In this document: positions 30,005 to 38,659 of the stretch, piece after piece | Numbering within the stretch: position 1 is the first letter of the stretch | Layout of the letters: every line of letters begins with the position of its first letter | Program-made: the position numbers and the translations under genes | IMG/VR virus record: IMGVR_UViG_2737471992_000006 | DNA length: 45,327 nt | Reading direction: 5' to 3' (one strand) | Source: a virus | Lineage: Duplodnaviria > Heunggongvirae > Uroviricota > Caudoviricetes | Notes under the pieces: generated by a model | Databases searched by the model: none | What the model was told of the DNA's origin: nothing | Seen by the model: the letters and a program-made list of their open reading frames with translations, nothing else

Positions 30005-30045
30005 CACATTAAACTGATTCAATTACCCCCTTAATAAGAGGTCTT

Positions 30046-30411
30046 CTAACGATCCATCTCTAGCTCAATTTCTAACATCATTAACATGCCATCAACTACA
30101 CCTTCAGCCTTTTGCAATAAACGCCCAACCCAGCAATCAGAACGCCCATGTTTACGGGCAAGCGCCATAAACGTCATACCACCTACATAATAATCCACTA
30201 ATAAATCGTGCAAATCGCTGTTGTTCTTTTTCAGGCGAGCCATGCATCCACAAATGATCATCGCGTCATCGTCACAACATTGCGGGCGGGATTTTACTTT
30301 TGAAGGGATTAGTCCTTTAAATCCTGCAGCAATAGACGACCAAGTGACATCCTCGTGATTATTTGCCACCCATGCCCCCCAACGTTCAAGAACCATTTGA
30401 ATATCACGCAT
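30046..30411 (-). CDS. Q: late-gene antiterminator Q (phage 21/82-type small Q)
   Basis: 121 aa from the ATG at 30411 (GGAG Shine-Dalgarno); [14 protein letters not shown]...CGCMARLKK pattern of Q21-family antiterminators. Confidence 0.8.
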   Translation of the reverse strand: MRDIQMVLERWGAWVANNHEDVTWSSIAAGFKGLIPSKVKSRPQCCDDDAMIICGCMARLKKNNSDLHDLLVDYYVGGMTFMALARKHGRSDCWVGRLLQKAEGVVDGMLMMLEIELEMDR

Positions 30412-30428
30412 CAACTTTCTCCACAAAA

Positions 30429-31424
30429 TCAGGCCAGCACGCCAATTGCCAGCGCACGATCGATAAAACGAAATATCAGCTCCAGCTGGGAGCCATACTT
30501 CTCTTCAAATGCCACGGTATCCGCATGCAGCTCGTCGTGATGCTTTCTGCACAAAGGCAACACAAAAAGGTCATGCGCTTTTGTTCCCATTCCACCCTGA
30601 CCGTGACCTATCAGGTGGTGGGGATCATCAGCAGGCTTTCCACAACATGCACACGGCTGTGTCTTAACCCAGCGCGTGTACTTTTCATTAACCCAGCGGC
30701 GGCGTTTTGGGCGTAACATAAAAGACTCCGGCGACTCCGGATCCACTTTCAGCGCCAGCACCTTTTTTGCCTTATCCTGGATGATGCTGGTGGCAGGAAC
30801 CGAAGGCACAAGGTCACTTTCCCGGGTGACAGACGGCACAACAGGCTTTGGTAATCTCAGTGCCTTACGGGCTGCACTTTCCGGTAAGGCATCCGCCAGG
30901 TCATTACGAATCAGCCACCAGCACAGTTCCGGCATTGTCACAACGTGACTATCATCAAAACCGAGATCCCGACGCACAACAGACAACACCCAGCGGGCAC
31001 AGTTATCCGTTGCCATTGATTCCAGCCGTTCCGTGAACTGATCGCGCAGCTGGTTATCGCAGTGCCAGCACAGACGGATTGCGCCCGGAGCGTGTCGCAT
31101 TGTGGTCATGTTCTCGCTGTGCCAGTCGGAATGAGGCCACTGGCAGCCTTTTTCACGAAGTAACCAGCTTTCAAGACATTCCACGCCACCAGCACGACGG
31201 ATCACTGCCTCATTGCGGAACACGGCCCGAACGGCAGGATCATCCGCCAGCGGTTGTGATGCCGCCGGAACGGCACCACTGGCGAAAGATGAATAACGTT
31301 CCGGCTCAGGCTCCAGCAGAACACGCCCCTGCATAAACAGGGGCATCAGCTCTGAACCTGGCCTGAACAATACGATCCCCATACGCGGGGCAATTTCAGG
31401 GGTCAGTAGTGCTCTCACGGTCAC
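30429..31424 (-). CDS. DUF968-family protein with C-terminal HNH-like zinc motif
   Basis: C-terminal CACCGKP..DPHHL...[12 protein letters not shown]; usual position upstream of Q. Start uncertain (GTG at 31424 or ATG at 31382). Confidence 0.7.
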   Translation of the reverse strand: MTVRALLTPEIAPRMGIVLFRPGSELMPLFMQGRVLLEPEPERYSSFASGAVPAASQPLADDPAVRAVFRNEAVIRRAGGVECLESWLLREKGCQWPHSDWHSENMTTMRHAPGAIRLCWHCDNQLRDQFTERLESMATDNCARWVLSVVRRDLGFDDSHVVTMPELCWWLIRNDLADALPESAARKALRLPKPVVPSVTRESDLVPSVPATSIIQDKAKKVLALKVDPESPESFMLRPKRRRWVNEKYTRWVKTQPCACCGKPADDPHHLIGHGQGGMGTKAHDLFVLPLCRKHHDELHADTVAFEEKYGSQLELIFRFIDRALAIGVLA

Positions 31425-31425
31425 C

Positions 31426-32235
31426 TCAATGAACGGTATCGAGCAGCTTTAACAGCTCAGGGAATCGGGATTCGAAGAAATGCGGCTGCGTCTCGCGCGG
31501 ATTTGCAGGACTGGTGATGTTCTTGCCGAACATGCAGCCTTTCGCCGTCAGCGACCAGAATTTTTTGATGTTGTTAATCGCGGTACGGCTGTATCGTTCG
31601 CGTTGTTCAACGATCCCCAGCTTCACCATCTGGTGATATGCCTGATTAGCCGTCAGGCGGATACCATACTGCTTCAGCAGTGCACTCAGCGACAGCGTGG
31701 GGCGACTTGAGCCATCAGGCGCGTCAGCAGGAGCATCAATGGCATAGCGTGGTGCCAGATTCGGTAAGCCAACAGCCTCCTGAAGCTTCTGACAGGCTCC
31801 AAGCACTGATGAGTTAGACAGATTTAATTCCCGGCGCATAAAGTCCAGCAGGATCACGCCAGCCTGCATCTTGTCAGCAGCCTGTCCGGATAATTTTTCC
31901 GGTGCGCTGGTTACCATGTCGAAAGTACGGATCACCTTCAGATGGAATGACGGGCTGATCCACATTGCATAGGCATACACCAGTTCTTTGCAGACATACG
32001 TCCCCTGGTTATTTCCGCCATTAATGACGCTAACTGGTTGATTTTGTTCCAGAGGCGGAATTCCACCCTCGGTGAAAAGTTGTTCAATCAATTCACAGGT
32101 TTGCTTATTGGAGAGCCAGTATTTCGGGCGGTTTTTTTGTTCTCCCCCGGCAGCCCTGTGCAGATCGTTCAGGCTGTAACGCCCATAAGCATCACGACGA
32201 ACTTCAATACCATCAATGACCATCAGATTATTCAT
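31426..32235 (-). CDS. KilA-N domain protein
   Basis: 269 aa from the ATG at 32235 (GAGGAG Shine-Dalgarno); N-terminal KilA-N-like region (VIDGIEVRRDAYGRYSLNDLHRAAG...KYWLSNKQT). Confidence 0.75.
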   Translation of the reverse strand: MNNLMVIDGIEVRRDAYGRYSLNDLHRAAGGEQKNRPKYWLSNKQTCELIEQLFTEGGIPPLEQNQPVSVINGGNNQGTYVCKELVYAYAMWISPSFHLKVIRTFDMVTSAPEKLSGQAADKMQAGVILLDFMRRELNLSNSSVLGACQKLQEAVGLPNLAPRYAIDAPADAPDGSSRPTLSLSALLKQYGIRLTANQAYHQMVKLGIVEQRERYSRTAINNIKKFWSLTAKGCMFGKNITSPANPRETQPHFFESRFPELLKLLDTVH

Positions 32236-32254
32236 ACTTCGTTTCTCCTCTTGA

Positions 32255-32644
32255 TCAGGCGGCTGCACCCGCCGTTTTCTCGTACTTACTGATGGTGATC
32301 TCGACCTTCCCTTTCGGGATAACCGGTCCCCACTCCACCAGCATTCTTTTCACCTGTCTGTCGTCTTCCCACACACCCGCGTGGGTCAACGCGTCAAACA
32401 GCGCCTTGTTATAGTTGTCCAGATCGCGGATCCGGTTATCCGGAGGAAACAACACGATCTCCACTGCAGCAGGTGCCGACGTTGGTTTTGGCAGACGACG
32501 TAACTGCTCAACTATTGCTGCGCACGCCGCGCTCTGAAATTTTCGCCCCGCCGCGCTTATCAGGCTCTTACCAGCAAATGCCCCTTTGTTGGGGTGTCGC
32601 CAGTACGTGTTCACGCTGGGCGGGAAAGGCAGGATCAGCTTCAT
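32255..32644 (-). CDS. rusA: RusA-family Holliday-junction resolvase
   Basis: 129 aa; LPFPPSVNTYWRH ... RDLDNYNKALFDALT pattern. Confidence 0.85.
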   Translation of the reverse strand: MKLILPFPPSVNTYWRHPNKGAFAGKSLISAAGRKFQSAACAAIVEQLRRLPKPTSAPAAVEIVLFPPDNRIRDLDNYNKALFDALTHAGVWEDDRQVKRMLVEWGPVIPKGKVEITISKYEKTAGAAA

Positions 32645-32967
32645 ACTTTCAGGCCTCTCTCATGTAACCAGTGGGCTGCACGCAGCCTGGCGTTTTCCTC
32701 ACCGGCAAGCAGTGAGCGGATAATCCCGACCGCCTCGCTGTCGTCGTCCTTCACCGCGGTATGAAGCGTGATACCCCGGGCCACGCCACGCTTTATCGTG
32801 ATGACGCCTTTTTTCTCCAGTGCGCGAAGATGTTCCACCGCTGCATTCACTGAACGGTATCCCAGCATGGTTGCCACCTCCTGATTGGTTGGCGGGAAGC
32901 CACGTTCTTTCTGGTAAGAAATCAGCATATCCAGCACCTGCTGCTGGCATTGAGTTAACGTCGTCAT
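32641..32967 (-). CDS. LexA N-terminal DNA-binding-domain homologue lacking the S24 peptidase domain
   Basis: 108 aa; strong resemblance to the LexA N-terminal domain (QQ.VLD.I......GFPPT..E.A..LG.RS.NAA.EHL.AL..KGVI.I..G.ARGI.L); no Ser/Lys dyad region. Confidence 0.7.
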   Translation of the reverse strand: MTTLTQCQQQVLDMLISYQKERGFPPTNQEVATMLGYRSVNAAVEHLRALEKKGVITIKRGVARGITLHTAVKDDDSEAVGIIRSLLAGEENARLRAAHWLHERGLKV

Positions 32968-33617
32968 GCCGCCATCTCCCTGACCAGTTTTTCCGCCTGC
33001 TGGCGAACCTGCGCCAGAAACGCCTCACCACATGCCTCAAGTTCATCACGCCCGATGTAGCTGATTGCCGGTCCCTTCCAGGTCTTGTCGAAAACAGCAA
33101 TAGCACCAGCGAAGAAAGCGCCTGTCGGCACCTGCTTCTCGTCCTTCGGTATAAACCAGGCAGGCAGTTCAAAACCAATACGCCCGCGAATAAAAGCAAT
33201 ATGATCTGCATCTTCCGGCCACCACACTTCGCTGGTGGCCGCTTTGATCAGGAAAACATAGCGCCCGCCCTTATCACGCATGGCACTGGCATGTTTCATG
33301 ATGTAACGCATGCCGGTGATGTATTGCCCCTCATGCTGACTGGCGCGGCTGTATGGGGGATTACCAAAGGCAGCACCTTTAAGCTCCGCAAGACGTTCTG
33401 ACCAGTCATGCGCCAGCGCGTTATCTTCCGCCGTGTAATACGCGGCACATTTGGCGTTATCACCGTCAGTAAACAGATCCAGAACAAACGGGCCAAACAG
33501 GGTGTTAATTCCCCAGAAAATGTTGTCCGGCGTGCGCCACTGATCGCCCACTTCCTTCAGTTCATGGGCTGGTTTGTTCCGCAGTTCCACCAGCGCCTGG
33601 CAATATTTATTACTCAT
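32964..33617 (-). CDS. phage Dam-type N6-adenine DNA methyltransferase (NPPY)
   Basis: 217 aa from the ATG at 33617; motif AFGNPPYS. Confidence 0.75.
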   Translation of the reverse strand: MSNKYCQALVELRNKPAHELKEVGDQWRTPDNIFWGINTLFGPFVLDLFTDGDNAKCAAYYTAEDNALAHDWSERLAELKGAAFGNPPYSRASQHEGQYITGMRYIMKHASAMRDKGGRYVFLIKAATSEVWWPEDADHIAFIRGRIGFELPAWFIPKDEKQVPTGAFFAGAIAVFDKTWKGPAISYIGRDELEACGEAFLAQVRQQAEKLVREMAA

Positions 33618-34105
33618 TAAGCCCCCACGTAATTCCCTGAGAGATACCACTCTTCACCTGATGCAGCCCGCTTACTGCTTTTCCGTAAACACCGTTCACG
33701 ACGCGCCAGAAAATTGTTTCGTTCTGGCTGGGAGTGGCTTTCACGGAATGCCGCCATCCACACGGTTGCAGCACGACGGTATAAGCCCCTGGACTCCAGT
33801 TCTTCAGCCTGGCGGGTCAGGCACAAAATCACCCGTGGATCGTTAGTGCCGACATAGAAATTGCGCACAGGTCTGGTTTCTCGAACTGGTTGTGGTTCCG
33901 GTTCCTGCGCTCTCTCAGTCAGGCGTGGGAAATGTCTGCGTGTATCTCCTTCACAACGGTGAGCCACACGCCCACTCTGACGTAACTTGCTTGCTGACTG
34001 CAGAACGCGCTGCCGTGAGTAACCTGCAAAAGCATCCGCAATGTCTCCGGAAGTACACCCCGGATGGGCTTCAATGAATTTCTGAACTTCATTCAAAAGA
34101 CTCAT
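33617..34105 (-). CDS. PerC-like transcriptional activator candidate
   Basis: 162 aa; C-terminal LESRGLYRRAATVWMAAF resembles the PerC/Pch motif as I recall it; provisional. Confidence 0.4.
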   Translation of the reverse strand: MSLLNEVQKFIEAHPGCTSGDIADAFAGYSRQRVLQSASKLRQSGRVAHRCEGDTRRHFPRLTERAQEPEPQPVRETRPVRNFYVGTNDPRVILCLTRQAEELESRGLYRRAATVWMAAFRESHSQPERNNFLARRERCLRKSSKRAASGEEWYLSGNYVGA

Positions 34106-34107
34106 GA

Positions 34108-34926
34108 TCACCCCCTGAATCCTGCCGGGATCTGGCTGTAGTCCACGTTGTCGTAACTGGCTTTGAAGTACGGGTCCTCGCGTCTGGCTGCAGATACCGC
34201 AGGAACTTCCCAGGATTCTTCGAAATGACGATCCGGACCAAAGAACGTGACAGCCTGTTTCACAAATTGTGTGCCGCTGTTACCCATCGCAGATACCCAG
34301 CCCGCGTAGCGTTTCACACCTTCCAGCATGGTTTCGGGGTTTACTCCCTCATTCAAACGGGCTTTCCAGGCTTTGAAGGCTGCAGATTTTGAATTGCCAC
34401 CAGCACGTTTGGGATATGCCAGCCATGCCTGCTCAAACTCCGGAGAGTATTCCGGTCGGTTTGAACGAACTCGCACGGACTCATCAACTGATGCACCAAC
34501 AGCTATTGGTTCATTGACTGGTTCTTTGACTGGTTCAAAAGAGTGACTGGTTCTGGGTGAATCTCCTGCACTACCCCCTGGTGCAACTCCTGCACTACCT
34601 GGTGAATTTGCTGCACCAGATAGTGAATTATTTGCACTACCCCCTAGTGAATCTCCTGCACCATCCAGATGAAGGAGATAGATATTACTTGAGTTACCTT
34701 TTTCACCTTTCCGGGTGACTTTTTTTACCAGCCCGGACTCACAGAGGGCCGCAATATGATTCATCACAGAACGTTTGCTAATCTCGCACTGATCAGCGAT
34801 ATGCTGATAGCTGGGCCAGCACTCACCCTGATCGCTGGCATTATCAGCCAGCTTGATCAGAACTAGTTTTCGCAATGGATTACCCACTCGAATTTTCATC
34901 GCTTTCACCATCAGCTCCATACTCAT
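34108..34926 (-). CDS. replication initiator (lambda O-like, iteron-binding) containing the origin
   Basis: 272 aa; winged-helix N-terminus, Gly/Ser/Ala-rich linker encoded by the iterons, C-terminal domain; GGAGGTG Shine-Dalgarno. Confidence 0.75.
   Translation of the reverse strand: MSMELMVKAMKIRVGNPLRKLVLIKLADNASDQGECWPSYQHIADQCEISKRSVMNHIAALCESGLVKKVTRKGEKGNSSNIYLLHLDGAGDSLGGSANNSLSGAANSPGSAGVAPGGSAGDSPRTSHSFEPVKEPVNEPIAVGASVDESVRVRSNRPEYSPEFEQAWLAYPKRAGGNSKSAAFKAWKARLNEGVNPETMLEGVKRYAGWVSAMGNSGTQFVKQAVTFFGPDRHFEESWEVPAVSAARREDPYFKASYDNVDYSQIPAGFRG
34511..34705. repeat. origin of replication: 3x GACTGGTTC and ~5 iterons (CTGCACTACC..TGGTGAAT at ~22-bp spacing) plus AT-rich tract
   Basis: Direct repeats at 34515..34556 and 34567..34672, then an AT-rich segment at 34673..34705, all inside the O-like gene as in ori-lambda. 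Confidence 0.6.
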
Positions 34927-35159
34927 GCTGCACCTCCGAGATGCTTCATGTTTTTTCCGGAGCGAAAGGTTATAAGCGGCATACTGACGCGGTAATTACG
35001 GCCCAGCGGTTCACAAATCACTTTCTGACATTCACGGTCAACCAGGCTAACACGTAGAACATGCCCTGCAGGCGTGGTGTACCACTGCCCAACTGTAGGA
35101 ATTGATGTTTTTTTACGCTGAAGTAAACGGCGAATATTGAGGCTCAACAGATTAAGCAT
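34923..35159 (-). CDS. small basic protein translationally coupled to the replication initiator (cII position)
   Basis: 78 aa; GGAGGG Shine-Dalgarno; its stop overlaps the O-like ATG (ATGA). Confidence 0.5.
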   Translation of the reverse strand: MLNLLSLNIRRLLQRKKTSIPTVGQWYTTPAGHVLRVSLVDRECQKVICEPLGRNYRVSMPLITFRSGKNMKHLGGAA

Positions 35160-35988
35160 GACGATGCCCTCCGCTGATATTCAGGAGACGGTGAATATGA
35201 AAATTAGCCTTATCCGCCAGACGAATACGTTCAGCCTGCAAGTTAAGAAGGGTTTCTACCAAAACCTGATGCGCCTGCGGATCCGAAAGAGTTACCTTGC
35301 GCAGAGCACGTAGTGCAGTTGTTACATAACTGAGTTTATGTAAGTCTTCATCATTCAGACGAGTGAGGGCTGGGACAGTAGCCATGATGGCAGCCTCCTT
35401 GATCGGTGAAATACTTCCATCACCGGAAACGCCAATTTCGCTGGTGGTGAACTGAACGGGGTTGGCGTAACCGGTGATCAAGGAAACCGGCGCATCTTTC
35501 GATGCCCCCGCCCAGCCCACCATAACTTTGATGTGAGCAAATGCGGACGATAAAAAAGACGCTGGCGCGTCATATATCGCCTTGATCAATTCCAGGACGC
35601 CAATCCCGGCACCCGCTTTATAAGGTGCCTGAACAGTGTAACGTCCCGGAATGGCAGAATCAATGTGCTGGTGGTCCTTCACACTCAACAAAATCACGCC
35701 TGAATTTCCACAAAGGACTAAAGCACTCATGCGGGTAGTCTTTGCGAAGATAGATAACGCGCTGTGTTTCTGGCTCCCAACGAATAACATGAACATAAAG
35801 TCCTCTTCTGTCACGAAACCAGCGGTTAAGTTCCTGCACAACTCGCCCCCCACAGTCAGGTAAAGTTCTCTGTGGTTACTTACAGCCAGGTGATTTGGTA
35901 ATCTGCATTCATGCCGTAACAACAGGTGTTCAGCGACGCTGGCCACCAGCTGTTGCGACAAACGGTTATTTGCCGTTAAACTGTTCAT
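35152..35988 (-). CDS. hypothetical 278-aa protein in the early-right operon
   Basis: ATG overlaps the upstream stop (ATGA); no recognisable motif (no Walker A box). Confidence 0.6.
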   Translation of the reverse strand: MNSLTANNRLSQQLVASVAEHLLLRHECRLPNHLAVSNHRELYLTVGGELCRNLTAGFVTEEDFMFMLFVGSQKHSALSIFAKTTRMSALVLCGNSGVILLSVKDHQHIDSAIPGRYTVQAPYKAGAGIGVLELIKAIYDAPASFLSSAFAHIKVMVGWAGASKDAPVSLITGYANPVQFTTSEIGVSGDGSISPIKEAAIMATVPALTRLNDEDLHKLSYVTTALRALRKVTLSDPQAHQVLVETLLNLQAERIRLADKANFHIHRLLNISGGHRHA

Positions 35989-36548
35989 GCGTTAGTTTCT
36001 CCACAGACACAAAACGCCACGACGCCCGGAGCTGCACACTCGCGGGCGTCACTCTTTTCTGGAGCGCAAAAGATTTTGTAGACCAGTGCTGCATGCTCCT
36101 GGAGCTTCGAAATTGACAGATACAACTCATCATTAATTGCTGTCTGCTCGTGTGGCTCCACTACCCCATCTTCGATTGCCGAACGAATCTGCTTTGAGTA
36201 ACTCCCGATCTGTTCGATGACTTCCAGCAGGCGCTGGTTTATATCGGCGTTCTCTACTTCCTCAATTTCAGGAAGCGATACAAACACCCCACCAGCAGAC
36301 TGTGCGACAGCATCCGCAATGTAGTGAGTGCCAGCCGCGCGCTGTAAAATCATTGCCCATCCCAGCGGGAAAATCTGATCGCCATCGGCACGAAGGCGGT
36401 TAAATAATGCGTTCTCTGTTACATCCAGCCACTCAGCAGCTTCAGCGTAACCCCCCGGCAACGCCGCGATAGTTTTTCTGACAGCTTTCACGTACCACTC
36501 AGGCTGTTTTTCTACTTTCCAGTGATGCTTACCCACGGTTAGCCTCAT
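35985..36548 (-). CDS. hypothetical 187-aa protein, first gene after cro (possible CII-like/YdaT-like regulator)
   Basis: Position and operon coupling only; the YdaT assignment is a guess. Start may be the GTG at 36536. Confidence 0.5.
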   Translation of the reverse strand: MRLTVGKHHWKVEKQPEWYVKAVRKTIAALPGGYAEAAEWLDVTENALFNRLRADGDQIFPLGWAMILQRAAGTHYIADAVAQSAGGVFVSLPEIEEVENADINQRLLEVIEQIGSYSKQIRSAIEDGVVEPHEQTAINDELYLSISKLQEHAALVYKIFCAPEKSDARECAAPGVVAFCVCGETNA

Positions 36549-36579
36549 CGTTCTGTGGTTAAAAATTGAAGGTGTTCTG

Positions 36580-36780
36580 TTAATCTTTCGGATAGATATC
36601 CGGTCTTAAGTCAGATTTCGTAATTGCACCTGACGTGCATTGCTCAAGTTTTTTAGCCAGCACAAAACTGGCTTTTTTATAACCATTGAAAACTAGCCGT
36701 AAGTAGCCTGGTGTTGAGCCAACTTTTCCGGCCAACTCGCCCTGCTGTTCTTTGGTTAAAGAGTCCCAATACGCTTTCAT
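36580..36780 (-). CDS. Cro-like small helix-turn-helix repressor
   Basis: 66 aa from the ATG at 36780 (GGAGGT Shine-Dalgarno); divergent from the repressor gene; the 167-aa ORF-track version is an upstream extension through the operator region. Confidence 0.7.
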   Translation of the reverse strand: MKAYWDSLTKEQQGELAGKVGSTPGYLRLVFNGYKKASFVLAKKLEQCTSGAITKSDLRPDIYPKD

Positions 36781-36870
36781 ACAATATGTACCTCCGATAT
36801 ACATATTACATGATTGAGATGAACCTTCAAGGTACTTGTACCCTATCGGTACAAAGGTTTTAATTTCGTT
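36781..36870. promoter_or_regulatory. divergent immunity promoter/operator region
   Basis: 90 bp between the cro-like and repressor genes with GTAC-centred inverted repeats (GGTAC-TT-GTACC, ATGTACC, CGGTAC). Confidence 0.5.
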
Positions 36871-37545
36871 ATGAAAACAGTCCATGACATCCGGCGGTCT
36901 AACGCCAGAAAACTGAGAGATGGTGTTGGCGGGAATTCTTCCTTTGCCACCATGATTGATCGCGAGCCAACCCAGACCAGCAGGTTTATGGGAGATGGTG
37001 CTACTAAAAATATCGGTGACAGCATGGCACGGCACATCGAAAAATGTTTCGACCTGCCTGTCGGATGGCTTGATCAAGAACACCAGACAACAAACATCAC
37101 AAAAAAACCTGATGTTTCAATTACTAACAAACAAATAACGTTAGTCCCTGTCATATCATGGGTACAGGCCGGAGCATGGAAAGAAGTTGGCTATTCTGAG
37201 GTTGATTTGAGCACAGCAGAAACTTATCCCTGCCCTGTACCCTGTGGCGAAATGACTTATATCTTGCGGGTGATTGGTGATTCAATGATTGATGAGTACC
37301 GCCCGGGAGACATGATTTTTGTAGATCCTGAAGTCCCTGCCTGCCACGGTGACGACGTTATTGCATTGATGCACGATACGGGCGAAACCACCTTTAAGCG
37401 GTTGATAGAAGATGGAACACAGCGTTACCTCAAAGCATTAAACCCAAACTGGCCTGAACCTTACATTAAGATCAACGGTAATTGCTCTATAATTGGTACA
37501 GTAATTTTCTCAGGAAAACCAAGAAGATACAAAATAAAGGCCTAA
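36871..37545 (+). CDS. CI-type prophage repressor with S24 (LexA-like) autopeptidase domain
   Basis: 224 aa; N-terminal helix-turn-helix ending ...IEKCFDLPVGWLD; C-terminal domain with the Ser nucleophile in VIGDSM and a downstream Lys. Confidence 0.85.
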   Translation: MKTVHDIRRSNARKLRDGVGGNSSFATMIDREPTQTSRFMGDGATKNIGDSMARHIEKCFDLPVGWLDQEHQTTNITKKPDVSITNKQITLVPVISWVQAGAWKEVGYSEVDLSTAETYPCPVPCGEMTYILRVIGDSMIDEYRPGDMIFVDPEVPACHGDDVIALMHDTGETTFKRLIEDGTQRYLKALNPNWPEPYIKINGNCSIIGTVIFSGKPRRYKIKA

Positions 37546-37556
37546 TCAATATTTAT

Positions 37557-37580
37557 AACCTGCTTCGGCAGGTTTTTTTA
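37557..37580 (+). terminator. intrinsic terminator after the repressor gene
   Basis: AACCTGC-TTCG-GCAGGTT followed by TTTTTTT. Confidence 0.65.
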
Positions 37581-37583
37581 TAC

Positions 37584-37617
37584 TTGACAATGTACCCTTG
37601 AGATACATAATGTATCT
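37584..37617 (+). promoter_or_regulatory. strong sigma70 promoter (PL analogue) with an overlapping 17-bp perfect palindrome
   Basis: TTGACA (37584..37589), 16-nt spacer, CATAAT (37606..37611); palindrome AGATACAT-A-ATGTATCT at 37601..37617; ATGTACC motif shared with the operator region. Confidence 0.55.
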
Positions 37618-38047
37618 AAAAGAAACATGCCACAGGCAAGATTAAACAAAATTTGGTTGTAACACGGCGTATGGCACATGCGTCGTTAGCGGTCTGGGGA
37701 CGTTAAAGGGGACAATCCACTCCTTGCTCGGGCAAACAAACCAGGTAGCCGGAATGTGCAAGTCAATGAGGATGCTGATAAGACGCCTAACCAGCGTGGC
37801 GATTCGGTTTGACGCCTGGGAAGAGACCAGGGTGCAACGATGAGGGCATTTATGGAACCGCGACAAAGTGTGGTGCCGTAACTGGCTAAGTGCTCTCAGC
37901 GTTGTGGTGAATGCGCAGGCTGATGCGCGAAAGACATTGCAGCTATTGCGGAAAAGAGCTGTTCGGCGGGGCAATTAAACGCCCGTGAGAGTCTGAAATA
38001 ACCGCAAGCCGGAGATCAGCACCGGTCACCACAACAGCCACTGCTTT

Positions 38048-38094
38048 GGCGGTACCAGTTTGTACACTTGCTTCCGGCTGGTACCGCTCTTTTT
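38048..38094 (+). terminator. intrinsic terminator in the early-left leader (tL1-like), overlapping a boxA-like motif
   Basis: 10-bp stem GCGGTACCAG / CTGGTACCGC, then TCTTTTT; CGCTCTTTTTACAAAA resembles boxA. Confidence 0.55.
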
Positions 38095-38231
38095 ACAAAA
38101 CAGAGAAGAGCATCACCGGACGACGGGCTCATAACCCAATCCATCCGGGCGGCAGTCACCGCAGGTGTTCTTCTCTGTTTTGTGGAGAAACCAACCGACC
38201 TTGCAGGGTCGATATGATGAGGAGCAGCAAA

Positions 38232-38594
38232 ATGGCTAGCGAACGCAGTACTGATGTGCAGGCATTTATCGGGGAGCTGGACGGCGGCGTATTTGAAACC
38301 AAAATCGGCGCAGTTCTCAGTGAAGTCGCTTCCGGTGTGATGAACACGAAAACCAAAGGTAAGGTCTCGCTCAACCTGGAAATCGAACCGTTTGATGAGA
38401 ACCGTGTGAAAATAAAACACAAACTCTCATATGTTCGCCCGACTAACCTCGGGAAAATTTCCGAAGAAGACACCACCGAAACGCCGATGTATGTCAATCG
38501 CGGTGGTCGCCTGACTATTCTGCAGGAAGACCAGGGACAATTACTGACTCTTGCCGGTGAACCTGACGGAAAACTCCGCGCAGCAGGTCATTAA
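38232..38594 (+). CDS. hypothetical early-left protein (resembles CPS-53 prophage YfdP by recollection)
   Basis: 120 aa from the ATG at 38232 (GAGGAG Shine-Dalgarno); the ORF-track start at 38046 lies inside the terminator and is rejected. Confidence 0.6.
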   Translation: MASERSTDVQAFIGELDGGVFETKIGAVLSEVASGVMNTKTKGKVSLNLEIEPFDENRVKIKHKLSYVRPTNLGKISEEDTTETPMYVNRGGRLTILQEDQGQLLTLAGEPDGKLRAAGH

Positions 38595-38659
38595 TATCGT
38601 TCTTAATTAACTGATTATTTATCTCATCACTGAATATCTTTATATAGTGAGGACTTATT

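Noticed and set aside
34511-34705. Possible CRISPR array because of regularly spaced direct repeats
   Set aside because: The repeats are imperfect ~22-bp units inside a coding region with no distinct spacers or cas genes; they fit replication-origin iterons.
36781-37083. 167-aa version of the cro-like gene
   Set aside because: The extension would run through the operator region and overlap the repressor gene start; the conserved Cro-like part begins at the ATG at 36780.
37642-37974. 110-aa minus-strand ORF in the early-left leader
   Set aside because: Arg-rich low-complexity product, no ribosome-binding site, antisense to the PL-driven transcript; more likely structured non-coding DNA.
38046-38231. 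Upstream extension of the first early-left gene (182-aa version)
   Set aside because: The start would lie inside the intrinsic terminator stem; the ATG at 38232 has a GAGGAG Shine-Dalgarno.
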